Of a DNA stretch of 64,000 nucleotides, positions 56,801 through 64,000 are shown piece after piece. Each line of letters begins with the position of its first letter. Within the stretch, counting starts at the first letter, position 1. Source of the stretch: a virus; IMG/VR virus record IMGVR_UViG_3300044730_000851, positions 1-64,000 of that record. One strand, 5' to 3'. Made by a program: the position numbers and the translations under genes. The notes under the pieces are model-generated. The model was not told where the DNA came from, made no database searches, and was given only the letters and a program-made list of their open reading frames with translations.

Positions 56801-57540
56801 GCGTCTGCTGCAGCGGTTGATACGGCCGCGGCCTGGGCTGCATTGGCCTTGGATGTGGCATCTGCAGCGGCAGTAGCGACTGCGTCTGCCTCGGCCTGGT
56901 CTGCGTAATCTTCAAGATTGGCCACTGCGGTGGCGATATTCGTGGCGACGGTAGCCGCAAAGTTTTCGTCGTCGTTGATCGCAGCCGCAAGTTCGTTGAG
57001 AGTGTTAAGGGCTCCCGGTGCTGCCTGGATCAGGTCAGCGACCTGGGTGTCGGTGTACGCGTTTGCGGCAGCCTGAGCGGCGTTTGCTTTCGATGTCGCG
57101 TCGGCTGACGCGGTAGATACAGCCGCAGCCTGGGCAGAGTTAGCCTTAGACTGCGCTCCGGACTGAGTCTCCAGAAGAGCGGTGTTTGCAATGCCGTGGA
57201 CATTCGTGGTTGCTGAAGTATGCGTGTTGAAGTTGCTGCTCAGCGTGACGACGGATGAGAAAAACGCTGGGTCATCATTGATTGCGTCTGCCAGTTCCCC
57301 AAGGCTGTTAAGGACCGACGGGGCGTCCCCGAGAATCCCAGCCACTGCTGCGTTCACAGCGGAGGTCACGTCCTCTGGCCGAGCGTTTGCGTACAGGAGC
57401 GTCGTCCATGCCGTGAGACCGTCACCCACCTTAAACTTGCGAGTATCGAGTTCGATGCCGATCTCGCCCTGAGCCAGGATGGGATTCGCTGCGGTCCATG
57501 CAGCCGCGAGTCCTCGACGAATCTGAATCTGAACAGCCAT
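53863..57540 (-). CDS. Long fibre protein (Mtd_N-like N-terminus, coiled-coil and fibre repeats)
   Basis: IQIRRG.AAAW...NPILAQGEIG.E.DT.KFKVGDG...W; five AP..LxxLxELAxAINDD motifs; 19-aa repeats; ASP.LTG.P.APTA...NTTQ.ATTAFV twice. Confidence 0.85.
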   Translation of the reverse strand: MAVQIQIRRGLAAAWTAANPILAQGEIGIELDTRKFKVGDGLTAWTTLLYANARPEDVTSAVNAAVAGILGDAPSVLNSLGELADAINDDPAFFSSVVTLSSNFNTHTSATTNVHGIANTALLETQSGAQSKANSAQAAAVSTASADATSKANAAQAAANAYTDTQVADLIQAAPGALNTLNELAAAINDDENFAATVATNIATAVANLEDYADQAEADAVATAAADATSKANAAQAAAVSTAAADATSKADAAQAAAVATSATDATSKANAAQAAAISTAAADATSKANAAQAAAVSTAASDATSKANAAQAAAISAASTDATTKANAAQSAATSAAQTYTDSTLANAVDALEAYTDAAEGAAVTAANAYTDAEVSAATTALEAYADQAEADALSAAQTYAFGQREAAEAYADQVEIDAVNTANAYTDAEIVTATAALEAYADQAEVDAKAYADAAVSGLVDAAPSLLNTLNELAAAINDDPEFSTSVAGQISSVASTAASDLAAAVSDLEDYADQAETDAVTAANNYTDAEVVVLNNTINSAVDSTMSNLNTQITNAANGAGTALSNHNASTTNVHGIANTSLLETTAGAQSKADAAESAANGYTDAEIATATNALQGYADAAESAAVATAAADATSKADAAESAANTYTDASISSLRGSAPSGLDTLDELAAAINDDPSFHTTVQTALSGKQPLDGDLTAIAEISANSGLLKKTAANTWSLDTSTYLTGNQTVTLSGDITGSGATSITATLANSGVNSGTYGDADSVAQVTVDSKGRVTAASSVDIAITQSQVTGLASALAGKASLASPELTGTPTAPTATAGTNTTQVATTAFVTGAVSDLIGAAPAALNTLSELADAINDDASFATTLTNSLAGKQPLDADLTAIAALAGTSGILRKTAADTWSLDTNTYLTANQSISVSGDATGSGTTGITLTLANSGVTAGVYGSATAVPAITVDAKGRVTSVSSTNIALAQSAITGLVSDLAAKAPIASPTLTGIPAAPTAAADTNTTQLATTAFVVGQASAATPAALGTAAVGTSLRYARADHVHATTGLGLTTSGLNQFAATTSAQLAGVISDETGSGALVFGTSPTLTTVTISSGGLSVTGGGITLAAGNVLDAPVVIDQKTASYQFVLSDAGRMIEMNSGSALTFTVAADATVNFKVGTQIHLLRVGAGGVNIAAAGGVTINATPGLNLRAQWSGATLTKRAANVWVLTGDLS

Positions 57541-57545
57541 GGTGG

Positions 57546-57998
57546 TTACACTCCTCCGGCATCGACGACGACGGTGTGCTCTGACGTGGTGTCGCCGCCG
57601 CTCATTGTCTTGGCAAACGTAAACTGCTGGTTGGACGAACCTCCGTCGACGTTCGGGAAGTTGGTCGTTGTGGATCCGCCGTCAAAGGAAACGGCGCTGA
57701 CGCTGTACGGCGAGTCACCCGAGTACGAGACGGTCTGTTCTTGGATGTATAGGAATCCGTTGCGGAAGGCGATCTCCCCACCATCTAGCGATTCGGTTAG
57801 GCGCAGAAGGTCACTGTCGTTGAAGTCGTCGGAGGTATTTGTGCCTCCGCCGCCACCGGACACGGTGTTCCAGGTGGCACCGTCGAATACCCGGAGGGAG
57901 TGCGTAGAGATGTCATAGTAGAGGTCGCCAGCGTGCTCGCCGATGGGCTCGGAGCCCACCGCGAGTACGTTGAGAGGTACGTACGATCTCTTGGACAA
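57546..57998 (-). CDS. Fibre adaptor-like protein with repeated DGG motifs
   Basis: GDLYYD...VFDGATW N-terminus; LDGG, FDGG, VDGG, VDAGG. Confidence 0.6.
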   Translation of the reverse strand: MSKRSYVPLNVLAVGSEPIGEHAGDLYYDISTHSLRVFDGATWNTVSGGGGGTNTSDDFNDSDLLRLTESLDGGEIAFRNGFLYIQEQTVSYSGDSPYSVSAVSFDGGSTTTNFPNVDGGSSNQQFTFAKTMSGGDTTSEHTVVVDAGGV

Positions 57999-58014
57999 CT
58001 ATGACTTCCCAGTT

Positions 58015-59337
58015 CTAGCCAACGACCACGGCGCGGAAGGTGCCCGATGCGTGGAACGTGAGGGTTACGGTGTTGGCGTCGGTGCGGACGATGTCGCACT
58101 CAACCTCAGCGAACGTGGAGGCGTCGTAGACCTGGACGGTCACGTCTCGGTTGCCCAGGCTGTGCGTCAGGGTCTGGGTGACAGGTCCTGTCGTAACCGT
58201 GGCTGTGAAGTCCGAGAAGATCTTCTTGTAGGCCACGACAGTGGTGTCGACTGCCACCGCATCGGCGCTGACCGTGAGGCCGGTGCCGACGACGAGGTCG
58301 AGGCGGTTCCCGTCCTTGGTGAGTCCGTCCCCAGCGGTGATCTGACCGGCGCCCGAGAACTGGACGAAGTCGAGTTCGGTGGTGTCGAGGGTCACAGCGC
58401 CGTCGCTGACCAGGACCCATCCGGAGTCGGCGTTGACGGTGCCTTCCTCGACGAACGTGAACATTCCGGGTCCGACGTTGGCACTGCTGTTAGCGTCAGC
58501 GGAACGTGACCACGCACCCGCGGCTACGACGTAGATACCGTTATCCGCGGGATCGAACTGATCCTTGACGAGGACGCGGTTTCCAGCCGAAAGGATGACG
58601 CCGTCGATCGTCTGGGCACCGCTCAAGGTGATGGGGTCACCAGTGGTGGCAGCCCGAACGGACAACTTGACGTCGAGGCCCTGGCTGACGGAGTCAACGT
58701 AGCCCTTGGTGGCGGCGTCGGTGTCCGCCTGTGGCTCCGCGAGGTTGGTGATTCGGTTGTCGTTGGCATCGATGTCGGTGTTGGCGGCTGTGGTAAAGGA
58801 CTGCAGGGTCTTGTCGTCAACGTAGGACTTAGTGCTGGCGTCCTGCGGGTTAGTCGGCTCGCCAAGGGAGATGATTTTGAACCCGGAGATGTCCAGGTCG
58901 CCGTTGGCCGCCGAGAGGTCGCCGAGTGAGATGCCCGAGTGCTCGTCCGGACCATGTGCGTGCTTGTGGTCCGATCGGGCGTAATTGGTCGAGGTGCCGT
59001 CGACGTTGGTCCCGGTGTTATCGAGGGCAACCGGAGTACCGAAGTTGCTGACCTGGTCCCAGGACGACCCGTTGTCGTAGTACAGGACCTTGGTATCAGT
59101 AGCAAAAAAGAAGCGACCAATCGAACCCGCAGCGGGCCGCGCGGCGATCGCCGAGGCCACGATCTTTCCTACGGGCTGCCAGGTGGCGCCGTCGTAGACA
59201 AAGAGGGTGTCCGACTGCGTGTTGTAGTAGACATGGCCCTCGCCCCTAGGCGTCGGAGCCGAAGCAAGATTCTGGAACTTGACGTTCTGGATCTCAAGGC
59301 CATTGAGATCGATGGGCGTGTAGTACTTACGGGCCAT
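58015..59337 (-). CDS. Neck/head fibre or decoration protein
   Basis: ITNLAEP..DTDAATKGYVD, VRAATT..ITLSG.QTIDGV...RVLVKDQ...NGIY. Confidence 0.7.
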   Translation of the reverse strand: MARKYYTPIDLNGLEIQNVKFQNLASAPTPRGEGHVYYNTQSDTLFVYDGATWQPVGKIVASAIAARPAAGSIGRFFFATDTKVLYYDNGSSWDQVSNFGTPVALDNTGTNVDGTSTNYARSDHKHAHGPDEHSGISLGDLSAANGDLDISGFKIISLGEPTNPQDASTKSYVDDKTLQSFTTAANTDIDANDNRITNLAEPQADTDAATKGYVDSVSQGLDVKLSVRAATTGDPITLSGAQTIDGVILSAGNRVLVKDQFDPADNGIYVVAAGAWSRSADANSSANVGPGMFTFVEEGTVNADSGWVLVSDGAVTLDTTELDFVQFSGAGQITAGDGLTKDGNRLDLVVGTGLTVSADAVAVDTTVVAYKKIFSDFTATVTTGPVTQTLTHSLGNRDVTVQVYDASTFAEVECDIVRTDANTVTLTFHASGTFRAVVVG

Positions 59338-59349
59338 AAGTCAACTCTC

Positions 59350-59628
59350 CTAAGACAGGTACGCGTTTCCGCTGAAAGGTGCCGAGAAAATGACCCGTAG
59401 TCGGTACTTGGAGAGATGCTCAATCTCTCCTTCTGCGATTGACCCCGACGAATCCATTGTCGTGACATTGGGGTAGAAGCCGAGATTGTGCTCGATGTCC
59501 CAAGTATTGCTCGAAATTCCTTGGACGTGGTGGTAAGCGTATGCGGCGGGCAAAGTATTTGCCTCGACGACCGCAATCGTTACGATTTGCTCTTGCTCAA
59601 CTGTGATGGGGATGCTCTCTTCGGACAA
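59350..59628 (-). CDS. small structural protein (HNLG motif)
   Basis: WDIEHNLGFYPNV...F...FSGNAYL; similar to the C-terminus of 58015..59337. Confidence 0.65.
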   Translation of the reverse strand: MSEESIPITVEQEQIVTIAVVEANTLPAAYAYHHVQGISSNTWDIEHNLGFYPNVTTMDSSGSIAEGEIEHLSKYRLRVIFSAPFSGNAYLS

Positions 59629-60747
59629 CTAGACTCCTCCTCGCCAACTCACGGAGTACTGTTCCCAACCGGTCGGTGAGAAGTTGCCCTGCGGCGCCTG
59701 CTCCCGAGTGACCTGCCGCTTGCAGAAGACCGTGCCCGAGATGTACGTCTTGACGTTCTCGGAGTCATTGTTGGCGGTCAACTGAACGTCCCAGTACGCC
59801 CGCAGTGGCAGCCTCTTGGTCTGATCCGGGGTCAGTGACAGGCGAATCTTGCCCTGCGCGGCGTCTTCGATGCTGGTCTCGAACTGTGCCGCGTACACGG
59901 CCGACTCTGGGTACAGGCGGATCTGCGCCAGCGGGGTGAATCCGGTGACGTCGATCGAGAAGTCGAGCACGACACTGTAGGAGTCCCCCTGCGTAAGTAC
60001 GATGTCGTACCGTCCGGATGCCTCCCCAACGGGTGTCGTTCCGTATGTAGGAATAGGCAGGAAGAGCCGCTGTGGCTTGGATCGGTCGTCGACCTCCTGC
60101 GGCATGTACACGGGAACGTACCTGTTCGTCATGCGGCTGATCCTGCGGAAGGTGAGGACCTCGATCCGCTCGATGCCGATGTTGAGGGCCTTGCAGAGCG
60201 TCTCGTACTGCTGCCTACGCTCGACGATCATTTCCATGATCTGGCGATACCGCTCAGACCGGGGGATACCAACCCCGTCCGGGGTGGAGATATCGATGTC
60301 GAACGCGGCGTCGGTGGCCAATGTATAGAGGGCCTGCACCGTACTCAGCAGCGTCAGTGGATACTCTTCGACGGCCGGAAGGTTGGCCAAGGTCAGTACT
60401 CGGCCGAACTGGTCCTGTCGGTTATGGACGTGCTGCTGAACGGACGTGTCTATGTACGCATCGATCTCGGAGTCTGTAAAGAATCGGTAGTAGGTCCCCT
60501 GGACGGTAATCTCAGCACCCTCGGCGGGAGGGCTGTCCAGTGTGAGCACACCGCTGTGCTCCTCGACCTCGGTGTCGTCGGAGACGTCCACACCGTTGAC
60601 GAATACCTGTACTGAGGCCCCGTTCAGCGGAGAGTACGGTATTTCGTATCTCTGCAGACCCGCCGAACGGGTGCCCCAGACGAAGGACTTAGGGGGGTCG
60701 TTGAGTTCGGTTCTCACGCGAGAACGCAGTGCGTCAACCGTTGCCAC
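59629..60747 (-). CDS. Head-tail adaptor with C-terminal Ig-like (BppU-like) domain
   Basis: LRSRVRTELND...FFTDSEI; QGDSYS...AQIR...IRLSLTPDQT...YWDVQL; GAGGAGG RBS before GTG 60747. Confidence 0.7.
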   Translation of the reverse strand: MATVDALRSRVRTELNDPPKSFVWGTRSAGLQRYEIPYSPLNGASVQVFVNGVDVSDDTEVEEHSGVLTLDSPPAEGAEITVQGTYYRFFTDSEIDAYIDTSVQQHVHNRQDQFGRVLTLANLPAVEEYPLTLLSTVQALYTLATDAAFDIDISTPDGVGIPRSERYRQIMEMIVERRQQYETLCKALNIGIERIEVLTFRRISRMTNRYVPVYMPQEVDDRSKPQRLFLPIPTYGTTPVGEASGRYDIVLTQGDSYSVVLDFSIDVTGFTPLAQIRLYPESAVYAAQFETSIEDAAQGKIRLSLTPDQTKRLPLRAYWDVQLTANNDSENVKTYISGTVFCKRQVTREQAPQGNFSPTGWEQYSVSWRGGV

Positions 60748-60810
60748 AAGACCTCCTCGCACCCAGTACCTATAGTGAGGAACTGGGGCGCGGTTGTCTC
60801 CCTATAAGAA

Positions 60811-61182
60811 CTACGCGGTGTAGAGGTAACCCAGGTCTTCGAGATGATCGGCGAGATCAGTGGGGACCTTGTACTTCACACCGGCCTGAAACGAGTAGTC
60901 GTTTCCGTAGCCCCAGGTCATCATCTCGATGTCGGCGACCAGGCGCACGATTCGGGTGTTGTCCGCGAGATCGACGTCGCCGACCTCCACGATCTCGTCC
61001 ACGACCGTCGTGGGCGCGTCCACCTTTGGGTCGCGCACCTCGTTCTTGATTGCCACAGCCTCTGCCGCAGCAATTGTGGACAACTCTTCCTGACGAGCCG
61101 CCAACTCGTCAGCGTTCTTCTTGATGGCCCGAGAGCGTGCCACGCCTGTGGCATCGGTGGGCTTGGGACGGGAAATGGCCAC
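60811..61182 (-). CDS. Capsid-associated hypothetical protein
   Basis: Immediately after the capsid gene; AAGGAG RBS; Y.F..G.KYKVP..LA.HL...GY. Confidence 0.7.
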   Translation of the reverse strand: MAISRPKPTDATGVARSRAIKKNADELAARQEELSTIAAAEAVAIKNEVRDPKVDAPTTVVDEIVEVGDVDLADNTRIVRLVADIEMMTWGYGNDYSFQAGVKYKVPTDLADHLEDLGYLYTA

Positions 61183-61213
61183 GGTGATTCATTCTCCTTG
61201 TTCGTAGGTCGAA

Positions 61214-61250
61214 GGGGACGGGAGCAGCCTTGTGAGCCGCTCCCGCCCCC
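61214..61250 (-). terminator. Hairpin after major capsid gene
   Basis: GGGGCGGGAGCGGC-tcacaag-GCTGCTCCCGTCCC on the minus strand, followed by CTT. Confidence 0.65.
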
Positions 61251-61267
61251 GATAGTGCTGTTTGAAA

Positions 61268-62299
61268 CTAGTTGGTGAGGACCTTGTTGATAGCGATGTC
61301 GGTGATGATGCCCTGACCCCAGATGCCGTACCACGCAATGGCGTGCTCGCGGCCGAAGTCAAGAACGCCGCCGTCGCGCAACTCAACCGGGAGGCTGATG
61401 GCGTGACCGAAAGCGTTGTCACCGATCATGATCGCCTCGTAGACGTTCGAACCCGCGGTAGCGGTATTGTCAAACGTCGACTCCCACGGAGCCTTGCCGC
61501 CCTTGGCGAGGCCGTTGCGGACCTGCGTCGTCTCAATAAACACGACGTCGTAGAGACGGCCGATCTCACCGAGCATGAAGTTGCCGGGGGCGGCGTACTT
61601 CGTGACCTCGATGAACTCGGGAACGTCGCGCAGACGACGTGACTGGTGCGGGTGCACGAAGCAGACGTAGGTCTCGCCCAGACGCGGGATGTTTCGGGAG
61701 GCCAGGGTCTCGACCGAGTCCTTGACAGCCGCGGTCGTGAGGTAGAAGTCACCCGAGACACCGGTGACACCGGCCTTGGTGCCGACCGTACCTGCGTTGT
61801 ACCAGTCGTTGACGCCCGAGACGCCGGAGCGGTCGTAGCCATAGATCTGGCTTGTGGCGCCACCGAGGGTGTCACGCGACTGGTTGTCGAGGTACTGCGC
61901 CATGTTGCGACCGAGGAGACGCGAGGCCGAGGCCATGACGTCGTCGAAGGACGCGTTGAGCAGCAACTCCGAGACAGCAACGGCGTAGCCGTGCTCGGCG
62001 ACGGTGATCTGGATCTGCTCCGCCGTGAGGGCGCGCGTGGTCATACGCACACCTTCAGTCAGCGGAGTGTTCTCCGGCTGAAGGTTGATGTAGCGCAGGA
62101 AGTTGATCTGCAGACCGGGCGCAACTCCGAGTTCCGTCTTCTTGACGGCAAACTGCTCGAAGCGCAGGATGGGCATGGCCTGGAAGAGGATTTCCTTCGA
62201 CCAGATGACCTGGATGGCCTGCGTCAACTGGCTGTTGGTGCCAGAGTACGCGGTGGGGGCAGCGGCAAGATTGCCGGTGCCGGTAAGAGCGCTAGCCAT
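61268..62299 (-). CDS. Major capsid protein (N4-gp56-like, HK97 fold)
   Basis: PILRFEQFA, LTEGV, EHGYAV, YVCFVHPHQ, GEIGRLYDVVFIET, DFGRE..IAWY; GAAAGGA RBS. Confidence 0.92.
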   Translation of the reverse strand: MASALTGTGNLAAAPTAYSGTNSQLTQAIQVIWSKEILFQAMPILRFEQFAVKKTELGVAPGLQINFLRYINLQPENTPLTEGVRMTTRALTAEQIQITVAEHGYAVAVSELLLNASFDDVMASASRLLGRNMAQYLDNQSRDTLGGATSQIYGYDRSGVSGVNDWYNAGTVGTKAGVTGVSGDFYLTTAAVKDSVETLASRNIPRLGETYVCFVHPHQSRRLRDVPEFIEVTKYAAPGNFMLGEIGRLYDVVFIETTQVRNGLAKGGKAPWESTFDNTATAGSNVYEAIMIGDNAFGHAISLPVELRDGGVLDFGREHAIAWYGIWGQGIITDIAINKVLTN

Positions 62300-62337
62300 T
62301 CGCTAGTCCTTTCGTAAACGATGGTTTGGGAATTGAA

Positions 62338-63129
62338 CTAGCCGAACAGTCCACGTCCTCGGCTGGAAGCGCTATCACCAAGCAGCCTTTGTCGGTTCTT
62401 CATGTAGTCGGCCATCGACATTCCCCGAATGTCATCGGGGGTATACATACGGTTGTCCGGGTCGGTATCCAGTGGTCCGGCTGCAGGTGCCGTCACGCGG
62501 CTACCTGCCATGTCTCGGCGAGCAGACTGCATGGCCTGCTGCGCCGATTCCAGGATACGCTCAGAGCGCTCCCGAAGACTGTTAATGCTTGCGTCAATCT
62601 CCTCAAGTGAGGATCCGTCAACCAAGTCCAGAAGTTCGGGGATGATCGCATCCCGCTCCTGCTCGACGCGCTGCTGACGGTACGACTGCAGTTCCTGGAA
62701 TCGCTTCTCGGTTTCAAGAAGCGCGAACGCGCGCTCGCGCTCCAGCCTTTCGGCCTCCAACTGCGCAGTGAACTCCTGCTCCTTCTTAGAGAGAAGGTCG
62801 CGGACCTCCATCTCCTCCTCAGCCTTGCGGCGAGCCTCGGCCTCAGCCTGGGCAACTGCGGAGGCCTCCTCGACCTCGCGCTGCTCCTTTTCGCGCTTAA
62901 GGGCGGAAATCTCTTCCTTCATGCGCTCCAACTGTGGGTAAACCTTCGACTTCTCCTGTTCGCGGACGCGTGCAAGATCCTCGGCGGTGAAAACCTCGAA
63001 CTCAGGGGAGTTTGTGGTGGGAGCAACTGTCTCGACCACCACGGCACTTGCGGTATTGACGGCAGTGGGCTCCGGCGCGTTGCCAACAGCCTCCGTAGCA
63101 CCGTCTTGGAACGTCTGGTCTACTGACAT
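62338..63129 (-). CDS. Capsid scaffolding protein
   Basis: Charged coiled coil between portal and capsid genes; IRGMSMADY...R..L C-terminal motif; AAAGGA RBS. Confidence 0.8.
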   Translation of the reverse strand: MSVDQTFQDGATEAVGNAPEPTAVNTASAVVVETVAPTTNSPEFEVFTAEDLARVREQEKSKVYPQLERMKEEISALKREKEQREVEEASAVAQAEAEARRKAEEEMEVRDLLSKKEQEFTAQLEAERLERERAFALLETEKRFQELQSYRQQRVEQERDAIIPELLDLVDGSSLEEIDASINSLRERSERILESAQQAMQSARRDMAGSRVTAPAAGPLDTDPDNRMYTPDDIRGMSMADYMKNRQRLLGDSASSRGRGLFG

Positions 63130-63258
63130 ATTAGTAACATCCTTTGGCTTGTCGTCCGTGTGCCCGTAGGCGTGACTCAACTGATTGCACGACGTACGTG
63201 CACTTAGGTACAGACAACATCAGGCGAAATGTGTTGTCTCGGTAAAGTGTCGGAGGAT

Positions 63259-64000
63259 TTAGGAGTCAGGGTCAGTGGCGCGGTGCTGGGGGATCTTGGT
63301 CCCGTAGGTGTCCACCACCAACTGCTCGCGGATCTGCTGCTCACCAACCAACTCGCCGAGGGTGCTGGAGTCCGGCATTCCGTCTGCGGGAATCCCGTCG
63401 CCGATGACGTTTCCGTCTCCAGTCATCATGGGATCCAAAGGAGTTGCCATCCCGTCAGGCCCGGGCATCATGCCCGTAAGGTCCATGATCTGCTTACTGA
63501 GTTCAGTCTTCAGTAGAGTCAAAGAGGCCTCGGCTTTTGCATCTTCCATGAGTTCAGAACGAATCTCGGCCAACTTCTCCTCAGGGAACTCCTCGCCGAG
63601 GGTCCTCAGCGCGCCTTCCTTACTTTCCAGACCCATGCCCATCTTCATGGAGACCTCATTGAGGACAACCAGTTGGTCCAGCGGCAGCGGCGGCGGGAAA
63701 TGCGTGAAGGTCGTATACGTGATCGGATCCTGTGGGTTCAGCACGTCCAACTGAGTGGGCTTAATCGGCCCGTTACGGGTCGGGTCGTAGACGAGCAGTT
63801 CCGGCTCTTTGATTGCAATCGTGAGCAGAACCAGTTCGTTGATCTTCTGTACTCCGGTCCCATACTGGGCTGTCTTCTGGGAGTACCGGTTCATGAGTGG
63901 CTGGTACTGGATGGAGAGCGCTACACCGGAAGTGTTTGAGATCGGCTGCACCTGGCCCAGAGCAGTCTCCGGGATACCCATGATTTCGTGCATCGAACGC
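63259..64000 (-). CDS. Portal protein, C-terminal part (partial)
   Basis: IPETALG...SNTSGVALSIQYQPL...F.PPLP.D (SPP1 gp6-like); runs off the window edge. Confidence 0.85.
   Translation of the reverse strand, partial: RSMHEIMGIPETALGQVQPISNTSGVALSIQYQPLMNRYSQKTAQYGTGVQKINELVLLTIAIKEPELLVYDPTRNGPIKPTQLDVLNPQDPITYTTFTHFPPPLPLDQLVVLNEVSMKMGMGLESKEGALRTLGEEFPEEKLAEIRSELMEDAKAEASLTLLKTELSKQIMDLTGMMPGPDGMATPLDPMMTGDGNVIGDGIPADGMPDSSTLGELVGEQQIREQLVVDTYGTKIPQHRATDPDS

Noticed and set aside
53863-57540. Mtd_N-like N-terminus suggesting a diversity-generating retroelement target
   Set aside because: No reverse transcriptase, no TR/VR pair and no C-type lectin C-terminus are visible; Mtd_N is a generic anchor domain.
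1-64000. tRNA or other structured RNA genes
   Set aside because: Intergenic gaps are short and no cloverleaf or T-loop consensus in a plausible context was recognised by eye; tRNAscan/Infernal were not run.

Overview
64 kb of a large, high-GC tailed phage with a contractile tail (myovirus). WhiB, PASTA and promoter style point to an actinobacterial host. The layout recalls Bxz1/E3/BRock-type actinophages (from memory, not searched). Almost every gene is on the minus strand. Reading from the right end leftwards: portal (partial), scaffold, major capsid, head-tail adaptor and a neck fibre module; then an unusual accessory cassette (PASTA-(YGGFGF)n-Hint protein, four paralogous dUTPase-like-fold proteins, two 2OG-Fe(II) oxygenases); then neck, sheath, two tubes, chaperones, a tape measure with two peptidoglycan-hydrolase domains, baseplate and a second fibre with a Cys-rich tip. 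Replication genes follow (initiator with an internal origin-like repeat array, degenerate loader, DnaB, primase, SNF2 helicase, SSB, PolA, RecA, Cas4-like, RuvC, WhiB), then a block of small probable internal virion proteins, an NTase/HAD/TGT-like trio and a class II ribonucleotide reductase. A probable tyrosine recombinase ends at the left edge. The best candidate for an undescribed system is the cassette at 48.9-57.5 kb: a RiPP-like, self-processing, enzymatically decorated peptide apparently displayed on a virion fibre. Products were assigned by eye from motifs and no database search was run. Some start codons were adjusted from the ORF track using RBS and overlap evidence.
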